Below are positions 30,237 through 39,994 of a DNA stretch of 64,000 bases, in pieces. This DNA comes from Steroidobacteraceae bacterium (GTDB lineage: Bacteria; Pseudomonadota; Gammaproteobacteria; Steroidobacterales; Steroidobacteraceae). Position numbers and translations under genes: made by a program. The stretch lies in contig JBDSRN010000067.1 in NCBI GenBank assembly GCA_039929265.1, forward strand, positions 1,033 through 65,032, written 5' to 3'. Positions within the stretch are counted from its first letter, which is position 1, and every line of letters starts with the position of its first letter. Below the pieces are notes generated by a model that worked only from the letters and a program-made list of their open reading frames with translations, searched no databases and was not told where the DNA came from.

Positions 30237-31200
30237 TGTCGGGCAGCGGCGCTACTGCCGGTTGCAGGGAGCCGGTGAGTTCGATGACCGACTGCAGTTT
30301 CTGTTCGGCGAGATACGCGGCGATCCCCGCGTTGATTTTCGTGCACACCAGCGGGTCGTAGAACAGCGCCGTACCGATGCCAACCGCACTGGCCCCGGCG
30401 ATCAGGAATTCAATCGCATCGGTCGCGGTGGTGATCCCGCCCTGGCCGATGATCGGGATGCGATGCTGCTTCGCCACCTGATTCACCTGATGCACCTTGA
30501 GCAGGGCGATGGGCTTGATGGCCGGGCCCGACAGCCCCCCCTGCGTGTTGCCGATGACGGCCTTGCGCGTGCGTGCGTCGATCGCCATGCCCATCATCGT
30601 ATTGATCACTGCGAACGCGTCCGTGCCGGCCTCGATGCAGCGCCGTGCGTTCTCCTGGATGTCGGTCTGGTTCGGCGAAAGCTTGGTGATGAGGGGTTTC
30701 TTCGTCACGCGCCTGCATGCTTCGACGACGCGCGCCGACATTTCGGGCGAGTTGCCGAACTGCACGCCGCCTTCCTTCACGTTCGGGCAGGAGATGTTGA
30801 TCTCGAGCGCGTCGATCGGTGAATCGTCGAAGCGCCGCGACACCTCGACGTATTCCTCGACCGTGGAGCCGGAGACATTGGCGATGAAGCGCGTCTCGCT
30901 GAAATCCAGCGTCGGCAGGATGTTGCGTACGACGTGATCGACCCCAGGATTCTGCAGACCGATCGCATTCAACATACCCATCGGGGTTTCGTAGATGCGA
31001 TGCGGCGGATTGCCCAGCCGCGGGTTGAGGGTCGTGCCCTTGAGCACCACCGCGCCGGCATGGCGGTTCGAGAATCCGGCGACGCGCGTGTATTCCTCGC
31101 CGAAGCCAACGCAGCCCGACAGCAGCACGATGGGCGAGTCGAAGCGCATGCCGCAGAAGGACAGGTGCAGGGAAGGGGGCTGATCGCTGGCGGCGTTCAT
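30202..31200 (-). CDS. pyrD: dihydroorotate dehydrogenase, class 1 (1B-type catalytic subunit-like)
   Basis: By eye this is close to the Bacillus-type PyrD sequence: …GMLNAIGLQNPG…LEINISCPNVK (catalytic Cys)…GGLSGPAIKP…IIGQGGI…GASAVGIGTA. ATG 31200 is preferred over TTG 31218. Confidence 0.8.
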   Translation of the reverse strand: MNAASDQPPSLHLSFCGMRFDSPIVLLSGCVGFGEEYTRVAGFSNRHAGAVVLKGTTLNPRLGNPPHRIYETPMGMLNAIGLQNPGVDHVVRNILPTLDFSETRFIANVSGSTVEEYVEVSRRFDDSPIDALEINISCPNVKEGGVQFGNSPEMSARVVEACRRVTKKPLITKLSPNQTDIQENARRCIEAGTDAFAVINTMMGMAIDARTRKAVIGNTQGGLSGPAIKPIALLKVHQVNQVAKQHRIPIIGQGGITTATDAIEFLIAGASAVGIGTALFYDPLVCTKINAGIAAYLAEQKLQSVIELTGSLQPAVAPLPDIRLPMARSGTL

Positions 31201-31217
31201 GGTGAAATTATCGCCCA

Positions 31218-31673
31218 ATGTTCCACATTCTGCTGTTCGAACCGGAGATCCCGCCCAATACGGGCAATATCATCCGGCTCTGCGCCAATGCCGGGGCCGC
31301 CCTGCACCTGCTGGGACCGCTGGGTTTTGACATCGATGCGGCCGCGGTGCGCCGCGCGGGGCTCGACTACGCGGACATGGCCAACGTGCGGCAGCACACC
31401 TCGCTCGCCGAGTGCCTCGCCGTGCTGGGCGGCCCGCGTCTGTTCGCGGTGGAGACCGGCTCGACCACGGTGTACAGCGAGGCGCGGTTTCGTCCCGGCG
31501 ATGCGCTGCTGTTCGGGCCCGAATCGCGCGGCCTGTCCGACGATGTGCTGCAGGGCGTGCCCGTCGCGCGGCGCGTGAGCATTCCGATGCGCAGCGGGAA
31601 TCGCAGCCTGAACCTGTCGAACGCAGTGTCGCTCGTGTTGTACGAGGCGTGGCGTCAGGACGGATTCAGTTAG
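31218..31673 (+). CDS. trmL: tRNA (cytidine/uridine-2'-O-)-methyltransferase TrmL (SpoU/TrmH family)
   Basis: MFHILLFEPEIPPNTGNIIRLCANAGA…SLNLSNAVSLVLYEAWRQ. Confidence 0.85.
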   Translation: MFHILLFEPEIPPNTGNIIRLCANAGAALHLLGPLGFDIDAAAVRRAGLDYADMANVRQHTSLAECLAVLGGPRLFAVETGSTTVYSEARFRPGDALLFGPESRGLSDDVLQGVPVARRVSIPMRSGNRSLNLSNAVSLVLYEAWRQDGFS

Positions 31674-32695
31674 CCAATCTCCGCGCGGATGGGCCGACTC
31701 ATGAGATCGCGCACCACTTCTTCGGCCGGCACCTTCTCGTACAGGATCCGGTAGATGCCCTCGCAAATCGGCATCTCCACCCCTTCGCGCACCGCGACGC
31801 CGCGCACGGCTTCGGCCGCGTGATAGCCCTCGACGACTTGCCCGATGCGCTCCAGCGCTTCTGCCGGCGCTACGCCCGATGCCAGTGCCAGGCCGAAGCG
31901 ACGATTGCGTGACTGATCGTCCGTGCAGGTCAGCACCAGATCGCCGAATCCGGCGAGGCCCATGAACGTTTCGCGCTGCGCGCCGAGCGCCACGCCGAGG
32001 CGCGTCATCTCGACGAGGCCGCGCGTGATGAGCGCGATACGGGTATTCGAGCCGAAGCCGAGACCATCGGACAGCCCAGCGCCGACGGCGAGTACGTTCT
32101 TCACCGCCCCGCCGGTCTCGACGCCGATGATGTCGGTGGAGATGTAGGCGCGGAAACTGCGCGAGGACAGATCGTGCGCGAGCGCGGCCGCGAACTGCGG
32201 GTCGGGCGAGGCGACCGTCATCGCGGTGGGCAGGCCCATGCCGACCTCGCGCGCGAACGTCGGACCCGACAGCACCGCCATCGGCATTCCGGTGCCGAGC
32301 ACTTCGTGCGCGACCTGGTGCGGCAGCTTGCCCGTCGCGAGTTCGAAGCCCTTGGTCGCCCATGCGACGCGCACGCCCGGCCCGACGGCGCCAATCAGCG
32401 GGACGAGCTGCGTGAGCAGTGAGCGAAAGCCCTTGCTCGGCACGGCGATGAGTACGTCGAGCACGCCATCGAGCGCCGCGGACAGATCGCCGACGACGGT
32501 GAGCGCTTCGGGAAACGGGGCATCGGGCAGGTAGTGCGGATTGGCGCGCTCGCGCAGCATCGTGGCGACGAGGCCGGGATCACGGCCCCACAGGCGCGTG
32601 GGCTTGCCCGCGCGCGCGAACTGGATTGCCAGCGCCGTTCCCCACGAACCACTTCCCAGCACTGCGATGGGTGCGGGCGTCACCGGCGTCCCCAC
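31670..32695 (-). CDS. gpsA: NAD(P)H-dependent glycerol-3-phosphate dehydrogenase
   Basis: IAVLGSGSWGTALA Rossmann motif, …GKLPHQV…, GLSDGLGFGSNT…. The protein is 341 aa. Confidence 0.9.
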   Translation of the reverse strand: MGTPVTPAPIAVLGSGSWGTALAIQFARAGKPTRLWGRDPGLVATMLRERANPHYLPDAPFPEALTVVGDLSAALDGVLDVLIAVPSKGFRSLLTQLVPLIGAVGPGVRVAWATKGFELATGKLPHQVAHEVLGTGMPMAVLSGPTFAREVGMGLPTAMTVASPDPQFAAALAHDLSSRSFRAYISTDIIGVETGGAVKNVLAVGAGLSDGLGFGSNTRIALITRGLVEMTRLGVALGAQRETFMGLAGFGDLVLTCTDDQSRNRRFGLALASGVAPAEALERIGQVVEGYHAAEAVRGVAVREGVEMPICEGIYRILYEKVPAEEVVRDLMSRPIRAEIG

Positions 32696-32751
32696 GACCG
32701 GCTGCCAAGAACAACGCTGGGAGCCAGTGGCGTGGCGACGTCGCTCACCGG

Positions 32752-33222
32752 TCAGTTCTTGGTGGCGCCAGCCGTTTCCGCGGCGGAGTTCGCATACAGC
32801 GCGTCGAAATTCACGGGCGGCAGCAGCAGTTGCGGGAATCCGCCCTGCGTCACCAGAAAGGATACCGCGGCGCGTGCGTACGGGAACAGCACGCTCGGGC
32901 AGATGCTGCCGATCGCGCGCTTGATATCATCGGGCGCAAGGTTCGCCATGAGGAATGCGCCGGCCTGTTTCACTTCGACGAGGAACAGCGTGCGCTCGCC
33001 CATCTTTGCGGACACGGTGACGGTAAGCAGCACTTCGCGCACATCCCCCGAGATCGGCGTGACGCCGGTCTGCAGGTCGAGCGAGATCTGCGGATTCCAG
33101 TTACCCTCGACGCGTGGACCTTCCGGCGATTCGAATGAGCAGTCCTTGAGGTACACGCTCTGCAGCGACAGCGTCGGTGCGTCGTTCTGGGCATCCGCGC
33201 CCTGTGAATTATCTTCCGCCAT
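32752..33222 (-). CDS. secB: protein-export chaperone SecB
   Basis: …LSLQSVYLKDCSFESP…FLVEVKQAGAF…CPSVLFPYARAAVS…GGFPQLLLPPVNFDALY. Confidence 0.9.
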   Translation of the reverse strand: MAEDNSQGADAQNDAPTLSLQSVYLKDCSFESPEGPRVEGNWNPQISLDLQTGVTPISGDVREVLLTVTVSAKMGERTLFLVEVKQAGAFLMANLAPDDIKRAIGSICPSVLFPYARAAVSFLVTQGGFPQLLLPPVNFDALYANSAAETAGATKN

Positions 33223-33234
33223 CGTGATCCTCTT

Positions 33235-33516
33235 TCATTGATTATTCTCGCCCCGCAACAGCGGATCGAGCTTGCCGGCGTCGTCGAGTGTCTTGAGATC
33301 GTCGTAACCGCCGACGTGAACGGTGCCGATGAAAATCTGCGGCACCGAAGTGCGGCCGCTGCGCTGTCGCATCTCCGCACGACGCTGCGGCTCCGCTTCG
33401 ATGTCGATGCGCTCGATGCTCACACCCTTGTTCTCGAGCAGTCGCCGTGCACGGGCACAGTAACCGCACCAATCTGTGCAGTACATCGTGGCGTGCGACG
33501 CCGTGGCCTCGGGCAT
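33235..33516 (-). CDS. grxC: glutaredoxin 3
   Basis: CGYC active site and …GRTSVPQIFIGTVHVGGYDDL. Confidence 0.9.
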   Translation of the reverse strand: MPEATASHATMYCTDWCGYCARARRLLENKGVSIERIDIEAEPQRRAEMRQRSGRTSVPQIFIGTVHVGGYDDLKTLDDAGKLDPLLRGENNQ

Positions 33517-33517
33517 C

Positions 33518-33937
33518 TCAGCCGCGCTCGAGTGGCAGGCTCTCCGCGCGCCAGCCGGCGAGGCCGCCGCGCAGATTGAAGACCTTGGCGAAGCCCTGCA
33601 GGTTCAGCTGGCGCACGGCCGCGGCGCCGAGCGATCCGGTGTCGCAGTACACGACGAAGGTCCTGTCCTTCTTCTTGAAGGTGTCGCCGGCCTTGAGCAC
33701 CTGGTCGCCCGGCAGGCTGCGCGCCCCCGCGATGTGGCCCTGTGCGAACCGATCGGCATTGCGCACGTCCAGCAGCTGCGCGCCGGAGTTCACGAGGCGA
33801 ATCGCATCCTGCGGGCTCACCGCGGCGAACTCCGCCTTGCGTGCGCGCGTCTCGAACACTGCGACCACCACCGCGAGCAACAGTGCGCCACCGCCGAGAA
33901 ACGGGTGGTTCGAGAGGTATTCAAGCAGTCGGTTCAT
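33518..33937 (-). CDS. membrane-anchored rhodanese-domain protein (YibN-like)
   Basis: N-terminal TM helix, then a rhodanese fold with …FVVYCDTGS… as the active-site loop. It occupies the yibN position next to grxC-secB-gpsA. Confidence 0.8.
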   Translation of the reverse strand: MNRLLEYLSNHPFLGGGALLLAVVVAVFETRARKAEFAAVSPQDAIRLVNSGAQLLDVRNADRFAQGHIAGARSLPGDQVLKAGDTFKKKDRTFVVYCDTGSLGAAAVRQLNLQGFAKVFNLRGGLAGWRAESLPLERG

Positions 33938-33982
33938 GCGTGGGCGGGCGACGAAAGGGCGCGCATTATAGACTGCGCGCCG

Positions 33983-35137
33983 ATGCGCAGTCTCCGCCCT
34001 CTGCTGCCCCTGTTAGTGACAATTTGTTGCTGTCTCCCGGCGCCGTATTCGAGTGCCGCGGATCGCGGCCAGACCGAGGCGCAACTGCGCGCCCTCGGCG
34101 AGCAGATCGAGAAGGTCCGCCAGCAGGTGGGGCGCGATTCCATCGAGCGCGACCGGCTCAGCCGGGACCTGCGCAGCGCCGAGGTGACGGTCGCGCAGGC
34201 GCGCGGGGAGCTTGACCGGCTACGTCGCGAACGTGTCACCCGAGCCACGAGCCGCGCCGAGCTCGGGCAGCGACGCAAGCGGCAGCAGGAGGCGCTCGAC
34301 ACGACGCGCGCCGGCCTCGCGGCGCAGATCCGCGCCGCGTACCGCATCGGCCGTGAAGAACCGCTGAAGCTGCTGCTCAATCAACAGGACCCGGCGCGCG
34401 CGGGCCGCATGTTCGCGTACTTCGGGTATTTTGGCAGGCTGCGCGCTACCCAGATTGCCTCGATCGAAGGGCAGGTGCGCGAGATCGACGCCCTCGACGC
34501 GAAGCTGGTCGCGCAGGACGAAGCGCTCGCGGCATTGGAAAAACAGCAGTCCGGCGAGCTCGCGAAACTCGATGTCGCGCGGCGTGATCGTGGCAAGGCG
34601 CTGGCGAGCCTGCAGCACGAATCGCGCAATCGCAGCCAGAATCTCGAGCGCATGCGGCGTCAGCAGGCGGGGCTCGAGAAACTGCTGAAGGATCTCAAGC
34701 GCACGCTGGACAAGTATCCGATCGACGCGAACGATGCATTCGCAAAAGTGCGCGGTCGGCTCGCCTGGCCTGTCGACGGCAAGCTCAGCGCGCGTTTCGG
34801 GCAGACGCGAGCGGGCGGCGTGAAGTGGAATGGCGTGATGGTTGCAACTGAGCGCGGCAATCCGGTGCGCGCGGTGTACGGCGGGCGTGTCGTGTATGCC
34901 GACTGGCTCCCGGGCCTTGGCTTGCTGATCATCGTGGATCACGGCGACGGTTATCTGAGCCTGTATGGGCACAACGAACGGCTGTTCAAGGGCATAGGCG
35001 AGCAGGTGCGGGTGGGCGAGCAGCTCGCCAGCGCGGGGGACAGCGGCGGGCGTTCCCGGCCGGAGCTGTATTTCGAGATCCGGCGCGCGGGCAAACCTGT
35101 GGATCCGCTACCTTGGTTCAAGGCCCAGGCGCCCTGA
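33983..35137 (+). CDS. envC: murein hydrolase activator EnvC-like (coiled coil + LytM/M23 domain)
   Basis: The ATG 33983 start gives the signal peptide MRSLRPLLPLLVTICCCLPAPYSSAA. A long coiled coil follows, and the C-terminal M23 domain reads …GVMVATERGNPVRAVYGGRVVYADWLPGLGLLIIVDHGDGYLSLYGHN…. The track start at 33476 overlaps the rhodanese gene antisense. Confidence 0.8.
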   Translation: MRSLRPLLPLLVTICCCLPAPYSSAADRGQTEAQLRALGEQIEKVRQQVGRDSIERDRLSRDLRSAEVTVAQARGELDRLRRERVTRATSRAELGQRRKRQQEALDTTRAGLAAQIRAAYRIGREEPLKLLLNQQDPARAGRMFAYFGYFGRLRATQIASIEGQVREIDALDAKLVAQDEALAALEKQQSGELAKLDVARRDRGKALASLQHESRNRSQNLERMRRQQAGLEKLLKDLKRTLDKYPIDANDAFAKVRGRLAWPVDGKLSARFGQTRAGGVKWNGVMVATERGNPVRAVYGGRVVYADWLPGLGLLIIVDHGDGYLSLYGHNERLFKGIGEQVRVGEQLASAGDSGGRSRPELYFEIRRAGKPVDPLPWFKAQAP

Positions 35138-35282
35138 ATTCCAGACAAATCATGGGCTAAGAGGTGCCCCGGTGGTTGGGCGCCCCGTACCCGGTCCTCG
35201 TAGACAGCTAAAAAACGCCAACTCGGTCAACGCGCTGCGTCCGGGATTTCGCGAGGCTGCGATCTTACGGATTTTGCAGAAT

Positions 35283-37613
35283 ATGACGCTCAAAGAAGTC
35301 GCGCCGAAACGCCCGAACCTATGGACCTCGCTGGATCCGTATGCACAGCTCATCACGACGCTGCTGCCGCGAGCCACGGGTATCGCGGCATTCGATGCGG
35401 AAGGCGAACTGCGCTGGACCAGCGAGGTGTTTGCGAGTGATGCCGAGTTTCCGCAACTGATCCACACCTCGCGGCGGAATGCCGCAGCGCAGCCCCACGG
35501 CAACGGCGAGCTCACGGTCCTGCATGGCGATACGCCGGTGTACACTTTCTGGCTGCGCAACGATGCCGGCTTGCTCATCGCGATCCTTGCGATCGTGTGG
35601 CGCAGCGGCGAAACCGAGCAGCGCCAGTTCGAGTTCGTGTACACGATGGCGAAGCCGGCGCTGGAAGTTCTGCGTCGCGAGATCGTCTCCCGTGCCAGCA
35701 TCGACAGTCTCAACAGCACACTTTTCTCGCGGGATCGCGACCTCGAATCACGCGACCGTGATCTCGAAGTGCTGCTGTCCGCCTCGGGCGATGACGGCAG
35801 GGATTCGGTCGACACCACGGATGATCTAAAAAGCATCCTGCAGAACGCGACGGATCACCTGCGCTGCAGCCTGACCGCGCTGATCGTGCCGGAGAAGAGC
35901 CTCGTCGTGATGCGCACGTCGGGCGACCAGGCGCCCGATCGCTCAGTGCTCGCGAAGACGCATCGTCATCTCATGTCGCTGGCGCAGATGCGTCGCGAGC
36001 CGGTCATCATCGACAAGTTCGCGCCGAGCGCCGTGCCGGGTTCGCCACGCTACCGGATTCTCTCGTGCCCGATACGTCACCCGAGTGGACGTTCAATGGG
36101 CGTGCTCGCGCTGTTCCGCTCGCAGGACGATCCGGAGTTCGTCGAGCGCGAGGCGCGTCTGGCCGATCTGCTGTCGCGACGTGCGGCGGCGATCATCGAA
36201 GGCTGTTACGACGCGCTAACGGGGTTGCTCACGCGACCGGCTTTCGAGCAGCGTGCGCGCGGCATCTTCGCGGAAATGAAGCGTGAGCGACGCTGGAGTG
36301 CGCTGTACATTGATACCGATCAGCTGCACGCCATCAACGACAACTTCGGCATGCATGTCGGCGATCGCGTCATATCGCAGCTTGGTGAGCTCATCCGCAC
36401 GCGCATGCCGCCCGGCGCCTTCGCCGCGCGCATCTCCGGGGATCGTTTCGCGATACTGTTGCCGACCTCTGCGCAAGACGCCTGCGATTTCGCCGAGGCG
36501 TTGCGCCTGGGCGCCACGGATCTAGGCTCGTTCGGTACCGAAGTGCGTCTGAGCACTTCCGTGAGCATCGGCGTGGCGGCCATCGATGGTCCGAAGATTG
36601 AATTCGCGCACGCCTTCGCCGCTGCCGAGACGGCATGCAAGGCGGCCAAGGATCGTGGTCGCAGTCGCGTCGAGCTGTACCAGGACAGCGACCTCAGCAT
36701 CATGCATCGCTACGAGGACATCAACATCGCGCTGCGCTTGCGCCAGGCAATCGAAGAGAATCGCCTGCGTCTGCACGCGCAGCTCATCCTGCCGCTAGCG
36801 GGTGGCAGCAGTTCGCCGCCGCACTTCGAGTTGCTGCTGCGCATGCTCGACGATGACGGCAACACGGTTGGCCCGGACCGCTTCCTCTCGGCCGCGGTGC
36901 GCTACCAGCTCATGCCGACGATCGACCGCTGGGTGATCCAGCAGGCCGTGACGCTGCTGAAGCCGCACGCGGCTCTGCTCGCGGCACGCGGCGTTGTGTT
37001 CACGATCAATTTTTCCGGTCAGTCGCTGATCGATCCGGAATTCGCCGATTCGGTGATCCGCCTCATCGAAGGGAGCGGACTGAACCCGGCCATCTTCTGC
37101 TTCGAGCTCACCGAGAGCGCTGCGATCGCGAATCTGCACAACGCCGAAGAGCTCATCCGCCGCCTGAAGAAACTCGGCTGCGACGTGGCTCTGGACGATT
37201 TCGGCACGGGCCTTTCATCGCTCGCGTATCTGCGTTCGCTGCCGGTGGGCATGCTGAAGATCGACGGCAGCTTCGTGCGCGATATCCTGAAGGATCCGCG
37301 CGCCGAATCGATGGTGAAGGCGATCGCGCACCTGGCGCGCTCGATGAACCTGGTCACCGTCGCCGAATACGTGGAAACCGATGAGATCCGCATGCGCGTC
37401 GCAGCATTGGGCGTGGATTACGCCCAGGGCTTCGCAATCGGTCGCCCCACATCCTTCATCGATCTGCTCGGTGAACTGCCGATGTACATGAATGCCCAGT
37501 CCGTCACGGTGCAGGAACAGGCATTGCCGGACGCCGACCTGCTCGACCCGCTCATCGAAGTGCAGCTGCTCGAGGATGAGGAACCCCTGCACCGCGCCAT
37601 CGGGATCAATTGA
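35283..37613 (+). CDS. GAF-like sensor / degenerate GGDEF / EAL domain protein (probable c-di-GMP phosphodiesterase)
   Basis: The GGDEF-position motif reads SGDRF (36435-36449). The EAL domain has ELLLR, …FSGQS…, ELTES, DDFGTG, KIDGSFV and EYVET. The start at ATG 35283 is tentative; the track gives GTG 35172. Confidence 0.8.
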   Translation: MTLKEVAPKRPNLWTSLDPYAQLITTLLPRATGIAAFDAEGELRWTSEVFASDAEFPQLIHTSRRNAAAQPHGNGELTVLHGDTPVYTFWLRNDAGLLIAILAIVWRSGETEQRQFEFVYTMAKPALEVLRREIVSRASIDSLNSTLFSRDRDLESRDRDLEVLLSASGDDGRDSVDTTDDLKSILQNATDHLRCSLTALIVPEKSLVVMRTSGDQAPDRSVLAKTHRHLMSLAQMRREPVIIDKFAPSAVPGSPRYRILSCPIRHPSGRSMGVLALFRSQDDPEFVEREARLADLLSRRAAAIIEGCYDALTGLLTRPAFEQRARGIFAEMKRERRWSALYIDTDQLHAINDNFGMHVGDRVISQLGELIRTRMPPGAFAARISGDRFAILLPTSAQDACDFAEALRLGATDLGSFGTEVRLSTSVSIGVAAIDGPKIEFAHAFAAAETACKAAKDRGRSRVELYQDSDLSIMHRYEDINIALRLRQAIEENRLRLHAQLILPLAGGSSSPPHFELLLRMLDDDGNTVGPDRFLSAAVRYQLMPTIDRWVIQQAVTLLKPHAALLAARGVVFTINFSGQSLIDPEFADSVIRLIEGSGLNPAIFCFELTESAAIANLHNAEELIRRLKKLGCDVALDDFGTGLSSLAYLRSLPVGMLKIDGSFVRDILKDPRAESMVKAIAHLARSMNLVTVAEYVETDEIRMRVAALGVDYAQGFAIGRPTSFIDLLGELPMYMNAQSVTVQEQALPDADLLDPLIEVQLLEDEEPLHRAIGIN

Positions 37614-37629
37614 CTGTAGTATTCCAGCC

Positions 37630-38862
37630 ATGACGCTGCGTTCGCGCATGGTGCTGGTGCTGGCGGTAGGTGTGTTGATCGGGGTTTCCCTGTCGCTCAC
37701 CGCCAATGTGCTCGCCGCCCGTCATCCCGAAGCCGCTCCCCGGATCGAATCAGGCAATCTGCCCTGGGAAGACGCGCGCCTGTTCGCCGAAGTACTTGGC
37801 CGGATCGAAAACGAATACGTCGATTCGGTCGACGATCACGAGCTGATGGAGAATGCCGTGCGCGGCATGGTGGCGGGGCTCGACTCGCACTCCGCCTTCC
37901 TCGACAGCGAAGAATACGATGAGATGCAGGCGAGCACGGCCGGCTCGTATCCCGGTATCGGAATCGAAGTTGCGACGGGCGATCACGGCGTCAAAGTGCT
38001 GCGGCCCATCCAGAGCGCTCCGGCCGAACGCGCGGGCATCCGCGCCGGCGATCTGATCGTGAAGATCGATGGTGTGGCAGTCGATGCGAATGTCGATGAC
38101 GCCATTGTGCGCATGCGCGGCAAGGCCGGAACCAGCGTCGGGCTCACGGTGAAGCGCAGCGGTGTCGCAAACGAACTGCAGTTCGTGGTGAAGCGCACGC
38201 AGGTGGAAGTGCACAGCGTGAGCTCGCAGATGCTCGAGCCCGGCTATGGCTACGTGCGCATCACGCATTTCAGCGAGACCACCGCCGAAGACGTGCATCG
38301 CGCCGTGCGCGACCTGAAGAAGAAAAGCGCGCGTCTTTCGGGACTCGTGCTCGACCTGCGCAACAATCCAGGGGGGCTGCTCGATTCCGCCGTGCAGATC
38401 GCCGATGATTTTCTCGGCAGTGGCAACATCGTGTCCGCCGCGGGTCGCGCGGATGATGCGCGCTTCCGGATGGATGCCGAGCCCGGCGACATCATCGCGA
38501 AGGCACCGATCGCCGTGCTCGTGAATGCCGGCTCCGCTTCCGCGGCGGAGATCCTCGCCGGAGCGCTGCGCGACAACGATCGCGCGACACTCATCGGCAA
38601 AACGACATACGGCAAGGGCTCCGTGCAGACTGTCATTCCGCTCTCCGAAGGGCGTGCGATCAAGATCACGACCTCACGCTATTTCACGCCATCAGGTGCG
38701 TCGATCAACGAGATCGGCATCCGCCCCGACATCATCTATCAGGGCAGTGCCGATGAATCAGCGACCCTCCCGGTCGGGCGCGATCCGCAGGTGAGCCTGG
38801 CGCTCGACACGCTCAAGCGCGTACCGCGCCTCGCCGCTGGCGGCGCGACCTCGAATCGCTGA
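37630..38862 (+). CDS. ctpA: S41 family carboxy-terminal processing peptidase
   Basis: The ATG 37630 start gives the TM/signal segment MTLRSRMVLVLAVGVLIGVSL. PDZ domain (…GIGIEV…VLRPIQSAPAERAGIRAGDLIVKIDG…), then …LDLRNNPGGLL…NAGSASAAEI…. Confidence 0.85.
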   Translation: MTLRSRMVLVLAVGVLIGVSLSLTANVLAARHPEAAPRIESGNLPWEDARLFAEVLGRIENEYVDSVDDHELMENAVRGMVAGLDSHSAFLDSEEYDEMQASTAGSYPGIGIEVATGDHGVKVLRPIQSAPAERAGIRAGDLIVKIDGVAVDANVDDAIVRMRGKAGTSVGLTVKRSGVANELQFVVKRTQVEVHSVSSQMLEPGYGYVRITHFSETTAEDVHRAVRDLKKKSARLSGLVLDLRNNPGGLLDSAVQIADDFLGSGNIVSAAGRADDARFRMDAEPGDIIAKAPIAVLVNAGSASAAEILAGALRDNDRATLIGKTTYGKGSVQTVIPLSEGRAIKITTSRYFTPSGASINEIGIRPDIIYQGSADESATLPVGRDPQVSLALDTLKRVPRLAAGGATSNR

Positions 38863-38874
38863 TCCGGAGCACGC

Positions 38875-39537
38875 TTGGAATTCCTGCACGCCTTCATCGA
38901 CATCGTCCTGCACCTCGACAGACACCTCGGCGAACTGATGGCCGCCTACGATGTCTGGGTTTACGCAATCCTGTTCGTGGTGATCTTCGCGGAAACCGGG
39001 CTGGTAGTGACGCCGTTCCTGCCGGGCGATTCGCTGCTGTTCGCCCTCGGTGCGCTGATGGCGTCGACCGGCGAGCTCAGCGCGACGCTGATGTGGGCAC
39101 TGTTGTGTTTCGCCGCGGTGCTGGGCAACACGGTGAACTATTCCATCGGACGCGCGCTCGGACAGCACGCGTTCAGCGGGCGCTATCGCTTCATCAAGGT
39201 GGAGTACCTGCGGCGTACGGAGGAATACTTCGTCAAGCACGGTGCCGCGACGATGATCCTGTCGCGTTTCGCACCGATCATCCGTACATTCGCGCCGTTT
39301 GTGGCGGGCGTCGGTCACATGCCCTACATGCGTTTCCAGACGATGAACGTCATCGGCGGCGTGGCCTGGGTGACCATCTTCATCTGGGGCGGTTACCTGA
39401 TCGGCAACTGGCCGCCCATCAAGAACAACTTCGGCCTGGTCACGATCGCGATCGTCATCGTGTCGGTGATGCCGATGGTGATCATGGTGCTGAAGGATCG
39501 CGCCGCCGCGCGAACCGCTGCACGCATGACACAATGA
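38875..39537 (+). CDS. DedA family membrane protein
   Basis: …FVVIFAETGLVVTPFLPGDSLLF…FSRFAPIIRTFAPFVAG…. Confidence 0.85.
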   Translation: MEFLHAFIDIVLHLDRHLGELMAAYDVWVYAILFVVIFAETGLVVTPFLPGDSLLFALGALMASTGELSATLMWALLCFAAVLGNTVNYSIGRALGQHAFSGRYRFIKVEYLRRTEEYFVKHGAATMILSRFAPIIRTFAPFVAGVGHMPYMRFQTMNVIGGVAWVTIFIWGGYLIGNWPPIKNNFGLVTIAIVIVSVMPMVIMVLKDRAAARTAARMTQ

Positions 39538-39541
39538 CCCT

Positions 39542-39994
39542 ATGGCTGGAAAAACCCGCGGCTACGCTCACCGTATAGACATCGTCGCGCCACCCGCCAG
39601 CGTCTGGGCAGGACTGCTCGATCCCGCGCTCATTGCACGCTGGATGGGTCCCGGCGCCCGCGTGAAGGCGAAGCTCGGTGGCAGCTATTACGTTGCGCCG
39701 GAAGGGGGCTTCGAGCGCGAGGCGCATATCGACGTGTTCGACCGCGGTCGCCGTCTGCGGCTTATCTACCAGCACCCGGCCGGCCTGCCGGAGTTCGATG
39801 GTGCCATCGTCGAGGATTTCCTGCTCGAGCAGGAGGGCGAGACCACCATCGTGCGGCTGCTCGGCTCGGGAATCCCGGAAGGCAAGCCTTGGGATCAGTA
39901 CTATATGAAGCTGCGCTTCGGCTGGGAGCGCAGTCTCGCCCGACTCAAGGTGTTGCTCGAAATGAAGCCCCGCAAGGACGAAAACACGCCATGA
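39542..39994 (+). CDS. SRPBCC (AHSA1/START-like) family protein
   Basis: …IDIVAPPASVWAGLLDPALIARWMG… with the typical ~150-aa SRPBCC layout. This is the second such gene in the window. Confidence 0.7.
   Translation: MAGKTRGYAHRIDIVAPPASVWAGLLDPALIARWMGPGARVKAKLGGSYYVAPEGGFEREAHIDVFDRGRRLRLIYQHPAGLPEFDGAIVEDFLLEQEGETTIVRLLGSGIPEGKPWDQYYMKLRFGWERSLARLKVLLEMKPRKDENTP

Noticed and set aside
31219-31226. TGTTCCAC (also TGTTTCAC at 59070-59077) as parS half-sites.
   Set aside because: Only one half of the 16-bp palindrome is present at each place, and the first overlaps the trmL start codon. This is most likely chance.
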